DNA from: an uncultured Bacilli bacterium
Lineage (GTDB): Bacteria; Bacillota_I; Bacilli_A; RF39; UBA660
Direction: 5' to 3'
DNA: 64,000 bases
Assembly: GCA_934141575.1 (NCBI GenBank)
Contig: CAKPCJ010000003.1
Coordinates: forward strand, 1,756 to 65,755
A program made the translations under genes and the position numbers. The notes beneath the pieces are model-generated. The model did not search any database, was not told where the DNA came from, and was given only the letters and a program-made list of their open reading frames with translations. Below are positions 33,531 to 43,845 of the stretch, one piece after another (position 1 is the first letter of the stretch; each line of letters opens with the position of its first letter).

Positions 33531-34172
33531 TCATTCTTTCAAAGATTTTAATAAAGAATCAAATAAAACTAGCATAGCAGTTGCTATTAAAATACCTCCA
33601 ACTATATCCGTAAACCAATGTACTCCAGATATAAACCTACCAACAACAGTAAATGCCATAATTAGTAATATTAAGATATTAAGAACTTTTGTAATGTTAT
33701 TATTAAATAATCTTCTATTAATTAAAATAGAGCTTCCACATATACATATAGTCATCAACGTATGAGATGATGGATATGAAGCTTCAAGCACACCATCCAT
33801 TAAAACAGGTCTATAATTAATAATTACTTTTTCAAAAAATACATATACAATAGCTACCAAAACATAAAAAGCAGCCAACATCATAATTTCTTTATCTATT
33901 TTTAATAAACTTTTTCTTTTAACTAATTGTATAAAACCAATGAACGCATAACAAGCACACATTCCAAGAGCAATAATACCTAAGTAATAGGTAATATCAT
34001 ACCATAACATATTTACTCCAATAAAATCAGAAATAGATTTATTGATAGTTGCAAATCCAACAACAGAACCATTAGGACCTATTGATTTAACATCAACAAT
34101 TTTAACAAGTTCCGTAAAAATTATAGCTATTAATACAAATATGGCACTAATTAAAATATTTTTTTTCTTCAT
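33531..34172 (-). CDS. PAP2-family (type 2 phosphatidic acid phosphatase-like) membrane phosphatase
   Basis: Motifs K...YRP, YPSSHT (PSGH) and GRFISGVHWFTDIVGG (SR...H...D); 5-6 TM helices. Confidence 0.65.
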   Translation of the reverse strand: MKKKNILISAIFVLIAIIFTELVKIVDVKSIGPNGSVVGFATINKSISDFIGVNMLWYDITYYLGIIALGMCACYAFIGFIQLVKRKSLLKIDKEIMMLAAFYVLVAIVYVFFEKVIINYRPVLMDGVLEASYPSSHTLMTICICGSSILINRRLFNNNITKVLNILILLIMAFTVVGRFISGVHWFTDIVGGILIATAMLVLFDSLLKSLKE

Positions 34173-34228
34173 ACTTTACTCCTCACTGCTAATATTACTA
34201 AATAATTGTAACATAATCACTTTATATT

Positions 34229-34744
34229 TTAAATAAAAAAATCATCAATACTATTTTTTTCGAGTTTTAAAAGTTCTATCTTATTATTTAATCCTCCACC
34301 ATAACCAGTAAGCTTTCCATTCATACCAACAACTCTATGACATGGAATAATTAAACAAATTGGATTCCAACCAACTGCACCACCTACAGCTTGAGCCGAC
34401 ATTTTCTTTATATCTAATTTACAAGCTATTTCTTTTGCAATATCGTTATAAGTAATAGTCGTACCATATGGAATTTTATTCATAACATCAATAACCATTT
34501 TTCTAAAAGAAGTTAAATTATTTATTTTATACTTAGGTACAAAAGTAGGAATTTCCCCACTAAAATACAGATCCAACCAATAAATAGTTTCATCAAATAT
34601 TGGTAATTGTTTAACCACAAATTGCCCACCATGTTTAAACTCATCACTACTATTTTCAAACCATAAACCAGTAAGAAACTCACCATCACTAGTAATCACA
34701 ATATTTGAAAAAGAATTAGGAGTATTATAAAAATATTTATACAT
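34229..34744 (-). CDS. ogt: Methylated-DNA--protein-cysteine methyltransferase (Ogt/MGMT)
   Basis: Active-site PCHRVV plus ...GYGGGL... motif. Confidence 0.8.
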   Translation of the reverse strand: MYKYFYNTPNSFSNIVITSDGEFLTGLWFENSSDEFKHGGQFVVKQLPIFDETIYWLDLYFSGEIPTFVPKYKINNLTSFRKMVIDVMNKIPYGTTITYNDIAKEIACKLDIKKMSAQAVGGAVGWNPICLIIPCHRVVGMNGKLTGYGGGLNNKIELLKLEKNSIDDFFI

Positions 34745-34793
34745 AACAATAACTTCCGTTCTAAATTATTTTCAAAAATATTAATACAAATAT

Positions 34794-35903
34794 CTAAATA
34801 TCAAAATCAAGATACACATATTTGTTCATATCATATGACAAATTATTCTGAATCATTTCACTAGCAGATTTACTAATTTTTGAAATTCTACTAAAATTTA
34901 CAAGTGGATCAATATATCTTATTTTCGCACCATGATGCACATAATATACGTCTTTTGGTGCATTCAAAGAAGTAAAAATTGATTTAGCTCTTCTCCACTT
35001 ATCAAATACACAACAATATTTAGATTTTTCTATAATTTCAATAACTTCTGATTCTTTCAATGTATATAAATCACTTCTTTTAATAATTCCTTCTTCATTA
35101 AATTTCTTTAAAATATCTGCTATAAACTGCATTGAATATCTTGTCTTATCTTCCCTATAAATAATAGATAATTTGCTTGTCATCCAAACAAATTCATTGG
35201 CTATTTTTTCTGTTTTAAATCCCAATTCATCTATTCCATTTTCATCTTTTTGAATGCATATATCATTATACATTTCCTTTATTTTATCAATTTTTACTAA
35301 ACGATAAGTAATTAACCCATTTGATAAAGAATACTCCAATCTATCAGCAGAAAGACATGGTGAATCATTATCAGCAATTGAATAAATATGATAATTATCA
35401 ACCTCATTTATTTGAATATTATCTCTTTTTAACAAGCTCATTATTTCAGAAGAATTCCTTATTATTTCAGTAGTTAAATCTTCTGTTGATTCCTGTACCA
35501 TATAATCACCATCAAGAAAATCAATACAATGCTTAAAACAGGGTGTTGCAATATCATGAAACAAACCAGATAAAGTCTGCTTTTTATCATGAGTAAAATG
35601 CCATATAATTAACGCCACCGCTATAGCATGATCCAAACTTGAAAAGAAAAATTCACTTTCAAATAAATCAGAATATATAGTACCACACGTAGTGCTAATA
35701 TATTGCTGTGATAACAATTCTTTAGTATTTATATAATCATTAAGCCAATCCGGAAAAACCGGCTCCAATATATTCAAATATTCCAATATTTTTTTATCAA
35801 CTGTTTCTAAATAATTCATACATTCAACCTCATTTTGATTATAACATAAAAAGGAAAATCTTCTACAATCTGTTACAAAAACATCAACCAAGGACTCTAA
35901 CAA
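34794..35903 (-). CDS. HD-superfamily hydrolase domain protein (hypothetical)
   Basis: H...HD...D arrangement (LDHAIAVA ... LFHDIATP ... DFLDGD). Probable start MNYLETV at about 35819. Confidence 0.45.
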   Translation of the reverse strand: MLESLVDVFVTDCRRFSFLCYNQNEVECMNYLETVDKKILEYLNILEPVFPDWLNDYINTKELLSQQYISTTCGTIYSDLFESEFFFSSLDHAIAVALIIWHFTHDKKQTLSGLFHDIATPCFKHCIDFLDGDYMVQESTEDLTTEIIRNSSEIMSLLKRDNIQINEVDNYHIYSIADNDSPCLSADRLEYSLSNGLITYRLVKIDKIKEMYNDICIQKDENGIDELGFKTEKIANEFVWMTSKLSIIYREDKTRYSMQFIADILKKFNEEGIIKRSDLYTLKESEVIEIIEKSKYCCVFDKWRRAKSIFTSLNAPKDVYYVHHGAKIRYIDPLVNFSRISKISKSASEMIQNNLSYDMNKYVYLDFDI

Positions 35904-35944
35904 AACGTATGTAGGGACACTTTTGAAGAAAAATTACAAATTTT

Positions 35945-35985
35945 CAAAAAAAGAAAAAGCCCGAAAATCCTTATATTTTCTGGCT
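35945..35985 (-). terminator. rho-independent terminator of secA
   Basis: Minus strand AAGCCAGAAAAT-ATAAGG-ATTTTCGGGCTT followed by TTTCTTTTTTT. Confidence 0.5.
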
Positions 35986-35993
35986 TTGTGAAC

Positions 35994-38498
35994 TTATTTT
36001 CCACAACATTGTTTATATTTGCGTCCTGAGCCACAAGGGCATGGTTCATTTCTACCAATCTTTTCACTTTTCTTAGGTTCCCTACTTGATTTAGAAGAAT
36101 CAGATTCATTAGTTCTAATAGTATTAGATTTAACTACTTCTTTTCTCTCTAAATTTTGTCTAACTTCTGATTTTGACAAATAAACAGTAATGTCTTTATT
36201 AATATTTTCCAACATTCTATCAAATAATTCAAAACCTTCCATAGTGTAAGCTTGAAGAGGATTTTCTTGAGCATAACCTCTTAATCCTATACCTTCTCTT
36301 AAGTGTGACATAGTGTTGATATTTTCCATCCAGTGTGTATCTATAACTCTTAATGATATTGCTTTTTCAAAATCATCCCTAATTTCATCTGGAATACAAT
36401 CAAATTTTGAATTGTATTGCTCTATACATAAATTAGAAATTTTATCAACTACATCCTCAACATCTTTAGATTTAATATCTTCAACAGATATCTTATTTTT
36501 AACAAACAAACTTTCATTAACATTTTCAACAATTTCATTATAATCATTATCAGTCAAATAACCTTCTGGCATTATATGACCTTCAACTAAAGATTTAATA
36601 TACAATTTAAATGTCTCTAAAACTGTATCATGAATAGACTCATTATCTAATATCTCATTACGTCTCTCATACATAATTTCACGTTGTTGATTCATTACAT
36701 CATCATATTGTAGAAGAGTTTTTCTCATATCAAAGTTGTTACCTTCCATACGTTTTTGAGCTGTTTCAATTGACTTAGCAAAAGTCTTCATTCTAAGAGG
36801 AGTATCTCCATCAACACCCAAAGATTGAAGCATACCTTTAACTCTATCCACACCAGTTCTAACCATTAAATCATCTTCTAGTGAAACATAAAATTGTGAA
36901 AAACCGGGATCACCTTGACGACCAGCACGACCACGTAACTGATTATCTATACGCCTTGATTCATGTCTTTCAGTACCAATAATACAAAGTCCTCCAAGTT
37001 CTTTTACACCTTCACCCAACTTAATATCAGTACCACGTCCTGCCATATTAGTAGCAATAGTAACAGAGCCTTTCTGACCTGCTTTTGCAATTATTTCTGC
37101 TTCTCTAGCATGATTCTTAGCATTTAAAACTTCGTGTTTTATTCCTTCTTTAGTTAACATTTTACTAATTAATTCACTAGTTTCAATAGCTACCGTACCA
37201 ACAAGAACTGGTTGCCCTGTTTTCTTTCTCTCTTTTATTTCATTAACAATAGCTTTAAATTTATATTCCTTAGTAGCATAAACTAAGTCAACTAAATCTT
37301 CTCTTATAACAGGTTTATTTGTAGGTATTGATATAACATACATATTATATATATTTCTAAATTCCTCTTCTTCTGTTTTTGCAGTACCTGTCATACCAGA
37401 TAATTTTTTGTACATTCTAAATAAGTTTTGGAATGTAATTGTAGCAAGCGTAACAGTTTCTTGATTGATTTTAACGCCTTCTTTTGCTTCAATTGCTTGA
37501 TGAAGTCCATCAGAATATGCTCTACCCTTCATCAAACGTCCAGTAAATGGATCTACTATTACAATCTCACCATCTTGAATAATGTAATCAACTTCATTTT
37601 TCATACAATAATTAGCACGTAAGGCTTGATTAATGTGATGAACTAATGCTGTATTTTCAATATCATATAAATTATTAACATTAAATTCTTTCTCTGCTTT
37701 AGAAACACCTTCATCAGTCAAAGAAACTGAATTCATTTTCTCATCTATAGTATAATCTTCTTCAGGTTTTAATCTTTTAACAAAGACATCAGCACCAGTA
37801 TATAAATTAGCAGTCTTAATAGCACCTCCAGATATTATAAGTGGCGTCCTAGCTTCATCTATTAATACAGAATCGACCTCATCTATTATCGCATAATTAA
37901 ATGGTCTTTGAACTCTATTTTCTGCTTTAACTACCATATTATCCCTTAAATAATCAAATCCAAGTTCATTATTAGTAGTATATAAAATATCACAATTATA
38001 TGCTTCCTTTTTCTCTGTAGTTGACAACTCTCTAGTATTAAAACCAACAGTAAGTCCTAAAAATTCATATATTTTTCCCATCCAAGATGAGTCACGTCCT
38101 GCCAAATAGTCATTAACTGTAATAATATGAACTCCATCACCAGACAAAGCATTTAGGTAAGCCGGCATAGTAGAAGTCAAAGTTTTTCCTTCACCTGTCT
38201 TCATTTCAGCTATATTACCAAAATGTATTGCCAAACCACCAAGTATTTGAACTCTATATGGTTTTTCACCAATAACACGATAAGCAGCTTCCCTAACAGT
38301 CGCAAATGCATCTGGACATATATCATCTAATGTTTCTCCATTTGCAAGCCTTTCCTTCAATTCTTTTGTTTTATCTTTAAGTTCAGCATCACTTAAAGAA
38401 CTATATGTTTCATCCAAAGCTTCTATTTTATCAGCCATAGCTTCGAATTTTTTTAACTCCTTATATTCATGATCAAATATACTTTTTAAAAATTTCAT
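35994..38498 (-). CDS. secA: Preprotein translocase ATPase SecA
   Basis: 834 aa; DEAD-like motor; C-terminal Zn finger CPCGSGRKYKQCCGK. Confidence 0.97.
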   Translation of the reverse strand: MKFLKSIFDHEYKELKKFEAMADKIEALDETYSSLSDAELKDKTKELKERLANGETLDDICPDAFATVREAAYRVIGEKPYRVQILGGLAIHFGNIAEMKTGEGKTLTSTMPAYLNALSGDGVHIITVNDYLAGRDSSWMGKIYEFLGLTVGFNTRELSTTEKKEAYNCDILYTTNNELGFDYLRDNMVVKAENRVQRPFNYAIIDEVDSVLIDEARTPLIISGGAIKTANLYTGADVFVKRLKPEEDYTIDEKMNSVSLTDEGVSKAEKEFNVNNLYDIENTALVHHINQALRANYCMKNEVDYIIQDGEIVIVDPFTGRLMKGRAYSDGLHQAIEAKEGVKINQETVTLATITFQNLFRMYKKLSGMTGTAKTEEEEFRNIYNMYVISIPTNKPVIREDLVDLVYATKEYKFKAIVNEIKERKKTGQPVLVGTVAIETSELISKMLTKEGIKHEVLNAKNHAREAEIIAKAGQKGSVTIATNMAGRGTDIKLGEGVKELGGLCIIGTERHESRRIDNQLRGRAGRQGDPGFSQFYVSLEDDLMVRTGVDRVKGMLQSLGVDGDTPLRMKTFAKSIETAQKRMEGNNFDMRKTLLQYDDVMNQQREIMYERRNEILDNESIHDTVLETFKLYIKSLVEGHIMPEGYLTDNDYNEIVENVNESLFVKNKISVEDIKSKDVEDVVDKISNLCIEQYNSKFDCIPDEIRDDFEKAISLRVIDTHWMENINTMSHLREGIGLRGYAQENPLQAYTMEGFELFDRMLENINKDITVYLSKSEVRQNLERKEVVKSNTIRTNESDSSKSSREPKKSEKIGRNEPCPCGSGRKYKQCCGK

Positions 38499-38581
38499 CT
38501 TGTCCCTCCATACAATAACATTTTACCAAATTACAAAGAAAAAAGATATATATAATTAAAAGAAAAACAGACATAAGTCTG

Positions 38582-39121
38582 TTATTTAGTATCTATAATT
38601 CCGTAAAAACCATCTTTTCTCTTGTACAATATACAAACACTATCTGTATCTGTATTATGAAATACAAAGAAATCATGTCCTAACAAATCAAGTTGTAACA
38701 TAGCTTCTTCTTCATCCATAGGCTTAACTTCAAAATTTTTCCTTTTAATTATCCTATTTTCTACCTCTTCTTCTGCAGTATCGGCTGGAAATTCAAAAGA
38801 TGCTACGCTCTCTCTAGTTTGCTTTGACAATATACGAGTTTTATTTTTTCTAACTTGTCTTTCCAATTTATCAACAATCAAATCAATAGCAGCATATAAA
38901 TCTTCATGCTCTTGTTCACATCTTAATATAAATGAACCAGTATTTATAGTAACCTCAATTATTTGAACATAACCTCTAACCTTTATAACAACTTTTGCTG
39001 TTATATCATCAGCATTAACAAAATACTTATTTAATTTTGCTAACTTATTCAACAAATAATCTTGAATCGCTGGTGTAATTTCAACTTTATCTCCACGTAA
39101 ATTTAATTTCATATGCATCAT
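38582..39121 (-). CDS. hpf: Ribosome hibernation-promoting factor (long HPF / YvyD type)
   Basis: 179 aa; N-terminal S30AE domain (KLNLRGDKVEITPAIQDYL) plus C-terminal dimerisation domain; upstream of secA as in Bacillus. Confidence 0.85.
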   Translation of the reverse strand: MMHMKLNLRGDKVEITPAIQDYLLNKLAKLNKYFVNADDITAKVVIKVRGYVQIIEVTINTGSFILRCEQEHEDLYAAIDLIVDKLERQVRKNKTRILSKQTRESVASFEFPADTAEEEVENRIIKRKNFEVKPMDEEEAMLQLDLLGHDFFVFHNTDTDSVCILYKRKDGFYGIIDTK

Positions 39122-39167
39122 ATCCTTTCTACAATAATTATAACAAACATAAAAGTTTTTTACAATC

Positions 39168-39863
39168 TTAATCTCTATTTCTATTAGACGCTATTACTAG
39201 TAATCTAAATATTTGTAATGCAGAAGTAAGAACACTTGCAACATATGTCAAAGCTGCAGCATTCAATACTTTCTTAGAACCGTTTATTTCTTTAGAATTA
39301 ACTATATTTTCAGCAATCAAATTCTTTTTAGCACGGCTTGAAGCATCATACTCAACAGGTAAAGTTATTATTTCAAACAAGAGAATAATCAAAAGTGCAG
39401 CAACACCCAAATATATTAAATCAGTAAGTCCAATTATCAAACCAAATAGTATTGAAAAATAAGAAAGTTTTGAAGCAATATTAACAATAGGAACAAATGC
39501 ACTTCTTATCTTAAGAAAAGTATATTCTTCTTTATCTTGAATAGCGTGACCACATTCATGAGCCGCAACAGCAACAGCTGCTAAAGAATCACCATGATAA
39601 ATATCAGAAGATAATCTAACTACCTTTCCCCTAGGATCATAGTGATCTGTCAATGATCCCCTAATTTCAACTATATGAACATTATTTAAACCATTTTTAT
39701 CAAGTATTATTCTTGCTGTTTCGAAACCAGTAAGTCCAGTACTAGACTTAACTTTTTTATACTTAGAATAAGTCAAACTAATAGTAAGTTGTGCTAATAA
39801 AGCAATTAAGAAAGAAAAGATTAAAAGTAAATCTTCTAAATATATATAATCCAATTTATTCAC
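39168..39863 (-). CDS. Putative neutral zinc metallopeptidase (YugP-like, PF04298 type) membrane protein
   Basis: HECGHAIQ zinc-binding motif; TM segments. Confidence 0.7.
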   Translation of the reverse strand: MNKLDYIYLEDLLLIFSFLIALLAQLTISLTYSKYKKVKSSTGLTGFETARIILDKNGLNNVHIVEIRGSLTDHYDPRGKVVRLSSDIYHGDSLAAVAVAAHECGHAIQDKEEYTFLKIRSAFVPIVNIASKLSYFSILFGLIIGLTDLIYLGVAALLIILLFEIITLPVEYDASSRAKKNLIAENIVNSKEINGSKKVLNAAALTYVASVLTSALQIFRLLVIASNRNRD

Positions 39864-41250
39864 CTAACCTTATTATATTATATCCCTCTCTTGTATCTTT
39901 AATATCATATCCCAAATCTTTTATTTTATTTCTTATTTCATCAGCTGCATCATAATTCTTAGATTCTTTATAAATCTTTCTAGAGTTAGCTAAATCAATA
40001 ACCTCTTGTGGAATAACATCATTACTTATTAAATCAAGAGATAAGACAGAATCATATATTTTTATAATTTCAAGTTTAGTAGCAGATGAAACATCAAGCT
40101 TAAGAACATCATACAACAATGTAATAGCGTTTGCAGTGTTTAAATCCTCACCAATTGTTTCAATAAATTTATCAGTATAAACTTTAATAACAGAGTTATC
40201 AACAGGGTTACTGTCAATAAATATTGAATTTATTCTATTTTTCAATGAGTTATACACAGTTTTAGCTTTATCCAAAGCATCAAACGAAAATACTAACTGT
40301 TTTCTATAATGACTATTTAAGCAAAAGAAACGATATACCAATGGGTTATAACCCCTATCAATTAATGTTTGAAGAGTAAGAAAACCGCCTTTTGATTTAC
40401 TCATTTTTCCTGTTAAATCATTCAAAAATTCACCATGCATCCAATAATTACACCACTTATGCCCTAAATATGCTTCAGATTGTGCTATTTCATTTGTATG
40501 ATGAGGAAAAATGTTATCCACAGCTCCACAGTGGATATCTAATCTTTCTCCCAAATTCTTAATAGCAATACCAGAACATTCTATATGCCAACCTGGATAT
40601 CCCATACCCCAAGGTGAATCCCACTGTAATAAATGATTTTCAAATTTAGATGAGACAAACCATAGACCAAAATCAAATGCATTTTTCTTACCAGTATCTT
40701 CTTGAACATCATCTCTAACTGCGACTTGCAAATCCTCAGGGCTTTTACCAGACAATCTATAATAATCATTAGCCTTAGTAATATCAAAATAAATATTTCC
40801 ATTGCTAGATTTATACGCTATACCCTTTTCAAGCAATACTTCAATAATCTTAATATACATATCAATATTATCAGTTGCTCTTGATACTGTTTCTGGTTTC
40901 TTTATATTTAACTTATCTAAATCTTCAAAAAAAGCCTTAGTATAAAAATCGGCTATCTCCATAACAGATTTATTCTGTTCATTAGCTGTTTTAGACATCT
41001 TATCACAAGCCTCAGAATCATCAGCATCTCCTACTAAATGTCCTACATCAGTAATATTCATAACTCTATTTACTTTATAACCCTCTAATTTTAAAGATTT
41101 CTCCAAAATATCTTCAAATATATATGTACGTAAATTCCCAATATGCGCATAATTATACACCGTAGGACCACATGTATACATTTTTACAACTCCATCCTCA
41201 TTAGGAATAAATTGCTCTATTTTCTTAGTTAAAGTATTATATATTTTCAT
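39856..41250 (-). CDS. cysS: Cysteine--tRNA ligase
   Basis: HIGN (HIGH) and KMSKS class I motifs; 464 aa. Confidence 0.95.
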   Translation of the reverse strand: MKIYNTLTKKIEQFIPNEDGVVKMYTCGPTVYNYAHIGNLRTYIFEDILEKSLKLEGYKVNRVMNITDVGHLVGDADDSEACDKMSKTANEQNKSVMEIADFYTKAFFEDLDKLNIKKPETVSRATDNIDMYIKIIEVLLEKGIAYKSSNGNIYFDITKANDYYRLSGKSPEDLQVAVRDDVQEDTGKKNAFDFGLWFVSSKFENHLLQWDSPWGMGYPGWHIECSGIAIKNLGERLDIHCGAVDNIFPHHTNEIAQSEAYLGHKWCNYWMHGEFLNDLTGKMSKSKGGFLTLQTLIDRGYNPLVYRFFCLNSHYRKQLVFSFDALDKAKTVYNSLKNRINSIFIDSNPVDNSVIKVYTDKFIETIGEDLNTANAITLLYDVLKLDVSSATKLEIIKIYDSVLSLDLISNDVIPQEVIDLANSRKIYKESKNYDAADEIRNKIKDLGYDIKDTREGYNIIRLGE

Positions 41251-41321
41251 AACATGCCTCCCACAACATTATAACACATTATATAGTATTATATGAAAAA
41301 AATAGTACCATTTTAATAGTA

Positions 41322-42116
41322 CTATCTAGTTTTTGTACTCTTAGAAAACACATATTTTTTTATAATCTCATCCATAACCTGATAAGATTTAATTAAAACA
41401 TTATTTTTCTTCATATCCAATGCACTCCAATACGTAAAATCATAACCTGAACTTTGTACAGTACTGTTTCCTAAACAATCATAATATTCTTCAACAGTAT
41501 CAGGTTTAAAAAATGGTTGAGCACCAGTTACTTTATCATTTTCATTAACATTTTTAATAACACTTACGTTTTTACCATACACAATCGCTGAAGAAGGATC
41601 AGCTATATAAGGCAATACATTACATTCATCACATGAAAGCACAACTTCATAATTATAATCCCCATCTATGTTAGAAACCTCTGGAACGGAACTTATCATA
41701 TATGAAGTACCATTTGGTTTAAAAAACGTTTTACATAACCCATTTCTAAATTCATAATGCATTTGACCAGACTCATCTTTGTAAATTTCAGCTGAATAAT
41801 CTAAATAATCTCTAGAATACTCAAAAATAGGACTGTCACTCCTAATATCTAGCATATAATTACAGAATTTAGCACATAACTGATTGCTGTTTCTCATCGC
41901 ATTAATTAGACGATAAAACAACGTTTCGAATTCAGCAGATTCTATATAATCAGTTTTTTTATCCTCTAAAGCCTCAAGTAATTTTAACTCTACAGTTCCT
42001 CTAATATAATTATACTCTGGACTAGGACCATCAAAAGAAGGATTAGATTGAAATGAACGTTGCTGATTAGAAGAAATTTGTTTTGAAACAATATCAGAAA
42101 TTTTATTATAACTCAT
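41322..42116 (-). CDS. hypothetical protein (264 aa), translationally coupled to gltX, in the position normally held by cysE
   Basis: ORF in track; 1-nt overlap with gltX stop; Cys/Tyr-rich; no recognisable motifs. Confidence 0.5.
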   Translation of the reverse strand: MSYNKISDIVSKQISSNQQRSFQSNPSFDGPSPEYNYIRGTVELKLLEALEDKKTDYIESAEFETLFYRLINAMRNSNQLCAKFCNYMLDIRSDSPIFEYSRDYLDYSAEIYKDESGQMHYEFRNGLCKTFFKPNGTSYMISSVPEVSNIDGDYNYEVVLSCDECNVLPYIADPSSAIVYGKNVSVIKNVNENDKVTGAQPFFKPDTVEEYYDCLGNSTVQSSGYDFTYWSALDMKKNNVLIKSYQVMDEIIKKYVFSKSTKTR

Positions 42117-43540
42117 TATTTACACAACCTTTCAAGAACAACATTTTTGCCTAACAAATAAAGTGTATCAGGTAACTCTGGTCCATGCATTTGACCAGTT
42201 GTTTTAATTCTAATAGGCATATATAACATTTTCCCCTTTGAACCACTATTAAATTTAGTATTGTTAATTGCAGTACTAATATTCTCAACTGTCCAATCAC
42301 TTACATTAGATATTTCCTGTTTAAACACAGATAAAGTATTTTCTACACCATCTTGTAACATAAATTGAGAACATTCATCATCTAACGATATATCACTCTT
42401 AAAAAACATATCAGTAAGAGAAACAATTTCTTTTCCATATGATAAATGATCTTGATAAATAGTTAATAACTTATCAATCCATTCACTAGATTTATCTGAT
42501 AAATCATATGCTGCTGATAAATGAGGTAAAGTAATATTTTTTAATTCATCCAAAGATAGTTGCTTAATATAATGAGCATTAAACCAATTTAGTTTTTTTA
42601 CATCATATTGACTAGAAGATTTATTAATTCTTGACTCGTCAAAACAAGAAATCAATTCATCCATAGTAAATATTTCTCTATTATCAGCAGGACTCCAACC
42701 TAATAAAACCAAATAATTTACTATAGCCTGTGGTAAATAACCTTCATTATATAAATCCATAAATGAAGCATCACCATTTCTTTTTGATAATTTAGTACCA
42801 TCTTCCCCTAAAACCATAGCAACATGGATATAAGTTGGTTTCTCCCATCCAAATGCTTCATACAATAAATTATATTTTGCGGTTTGATCCAAATATTCCT
42901 TACCACGTATTACATGAGTTATTCCCATTAAATGATCATCTATTACATTAGCAAAATTATAAGTTGGGAATCCATCACTCTTAAGTAAAATTTGATCATC
43001 TAATACAGAATTATCTATTTTAATTTTCCCATATACTACATCTTCAATTTCAGTATGACCATACTTTGGCATCTTTTGCCTAATTACATATGGTACACCA
43101 TTATTTAGTTTCTCTTCTATTTCTTCACGAGAAAGTCTACTACATCTTCCATCATATAAGAATGGCTTCTTCCTCTCTCCACATGCTTCTCTCATTTCTT
43201 CTAACTCTTCTTCTGTGCAGAAACAATAGTAAGCCTTCCCCTTTTCTACTAATTCAAGTGCATATTTTTTGTATATATCCTTTCTTTCACTTTGAACATA
43301 AGGTCCATAATTTCCCTCATTATTTGGTCCTTCATCAATAGTAATATTACACAATCTTAATGTGTTATAAATAAAATCAACAGCGCCTTCTACCTTCCTT
43401 GTTTGGTCTGTATCTTCAATTCTTAAAATATAATCACCATTATAATGTCTAGCTAATAAATACTCAAATATTGCTGTACGTAAATTACCTATATGCATAA
43501 ATCCTGTTGGACTTGGTGCAAATCTCGTTCTAACTTTCAT
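42116..43540 (-). CDS. gltX: Glutamate--tRNA ligase
   Basis: PSPTGFMHIGNLRTA (HIGH), KLSKR (KMSKS). Confidence 0.95.
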   Translation of the reverse strand: MKVRTRFAPSPTGFMHIGNLRTAIFEYLLARHYNGDYILRIEDTDQTRKVEGAVDFIYNTLRLCNITIDEGPNNEGNYGPYVQSERKDIYKKYALELVEKGKAYYCFCTEEELEEMREACGERKKPFLYDGRCSRLSREEIEEKLNNGVPYVIRQKMPKYGHTEIEDVVYGKIKIDNSVLDDQILLKSDGFPTYNFANVIDDHLMGITHVIRGKEYLDQTAKYNLLYEAFGWEKPTYIHVAMVLGEDGTKLSKRNGDASFMDLYNEGYLPQAIVNYLVLLGWSPADNREIFTMDELISCFDESRINKSSSQYDVKKLNWFNAHYIKQLSLDELKNITLPHLSAAYDLSDKSSEWIDKLLTIYQDHLSYGKEIVSLTDMFFKSDISLDDECSQFMLQDGVENTLSVFKQEISNVSDWTVENISTAINNTKFNSGSKGKMLYMPIRIKTTGQMHGPELPDTLYLLGKNVVLERLCK

Positions 43541-43633
43541 AAAATCACCAAGAATATTATAGCACTTATATTTAAAGGTGTAAATGAATAAAAGTAAGGC
43601 AATCCAGCAAATTACGCATTAATTTATTATCCA

Positions 43634-43825
43634 TTATTTATTTTTACTATCACTAGCAACTCTTGATACAAGATCATATATTTTATATTTTAAATCACTA
43701 TTAGTAGTATCTCGATAAAATTCCAAATCATTAACACTAACAAAAGGTCTAGCATCAATTTTAGAAACAAGAGTTTTGCGTTTATCTTTTAATTGATTAA
43801 TCAAAAATGAATTATCCTTACTCAT
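43634..43825 (-). CDS. hypothetical small protein (63 aa)
   Basis: ORF in track; located between clpC and gltX; no motifs. Confidence 0.3.
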   Translation of the reverse strand: MSKDNSFLINQLKDKRKTLVSKIDARPFVSVNDLEFYRDTTNSDLKYKIYDLVSRVASDSKNK

Positions 43826-43845
43826 AAAACACCTTCTTATATTTT

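Noticed and set aside
41251-41321. T-box riboswitches upstream of cysS (41251-41321) and gltX (43541-43633)
   Set aside because: Intergenic spaces (70 and 93 nt) are far shorter than a T-box leader (about 200-300 nt), and no T-box consensus AATTAGGGTGGNACCGCG-like sequence is seen.
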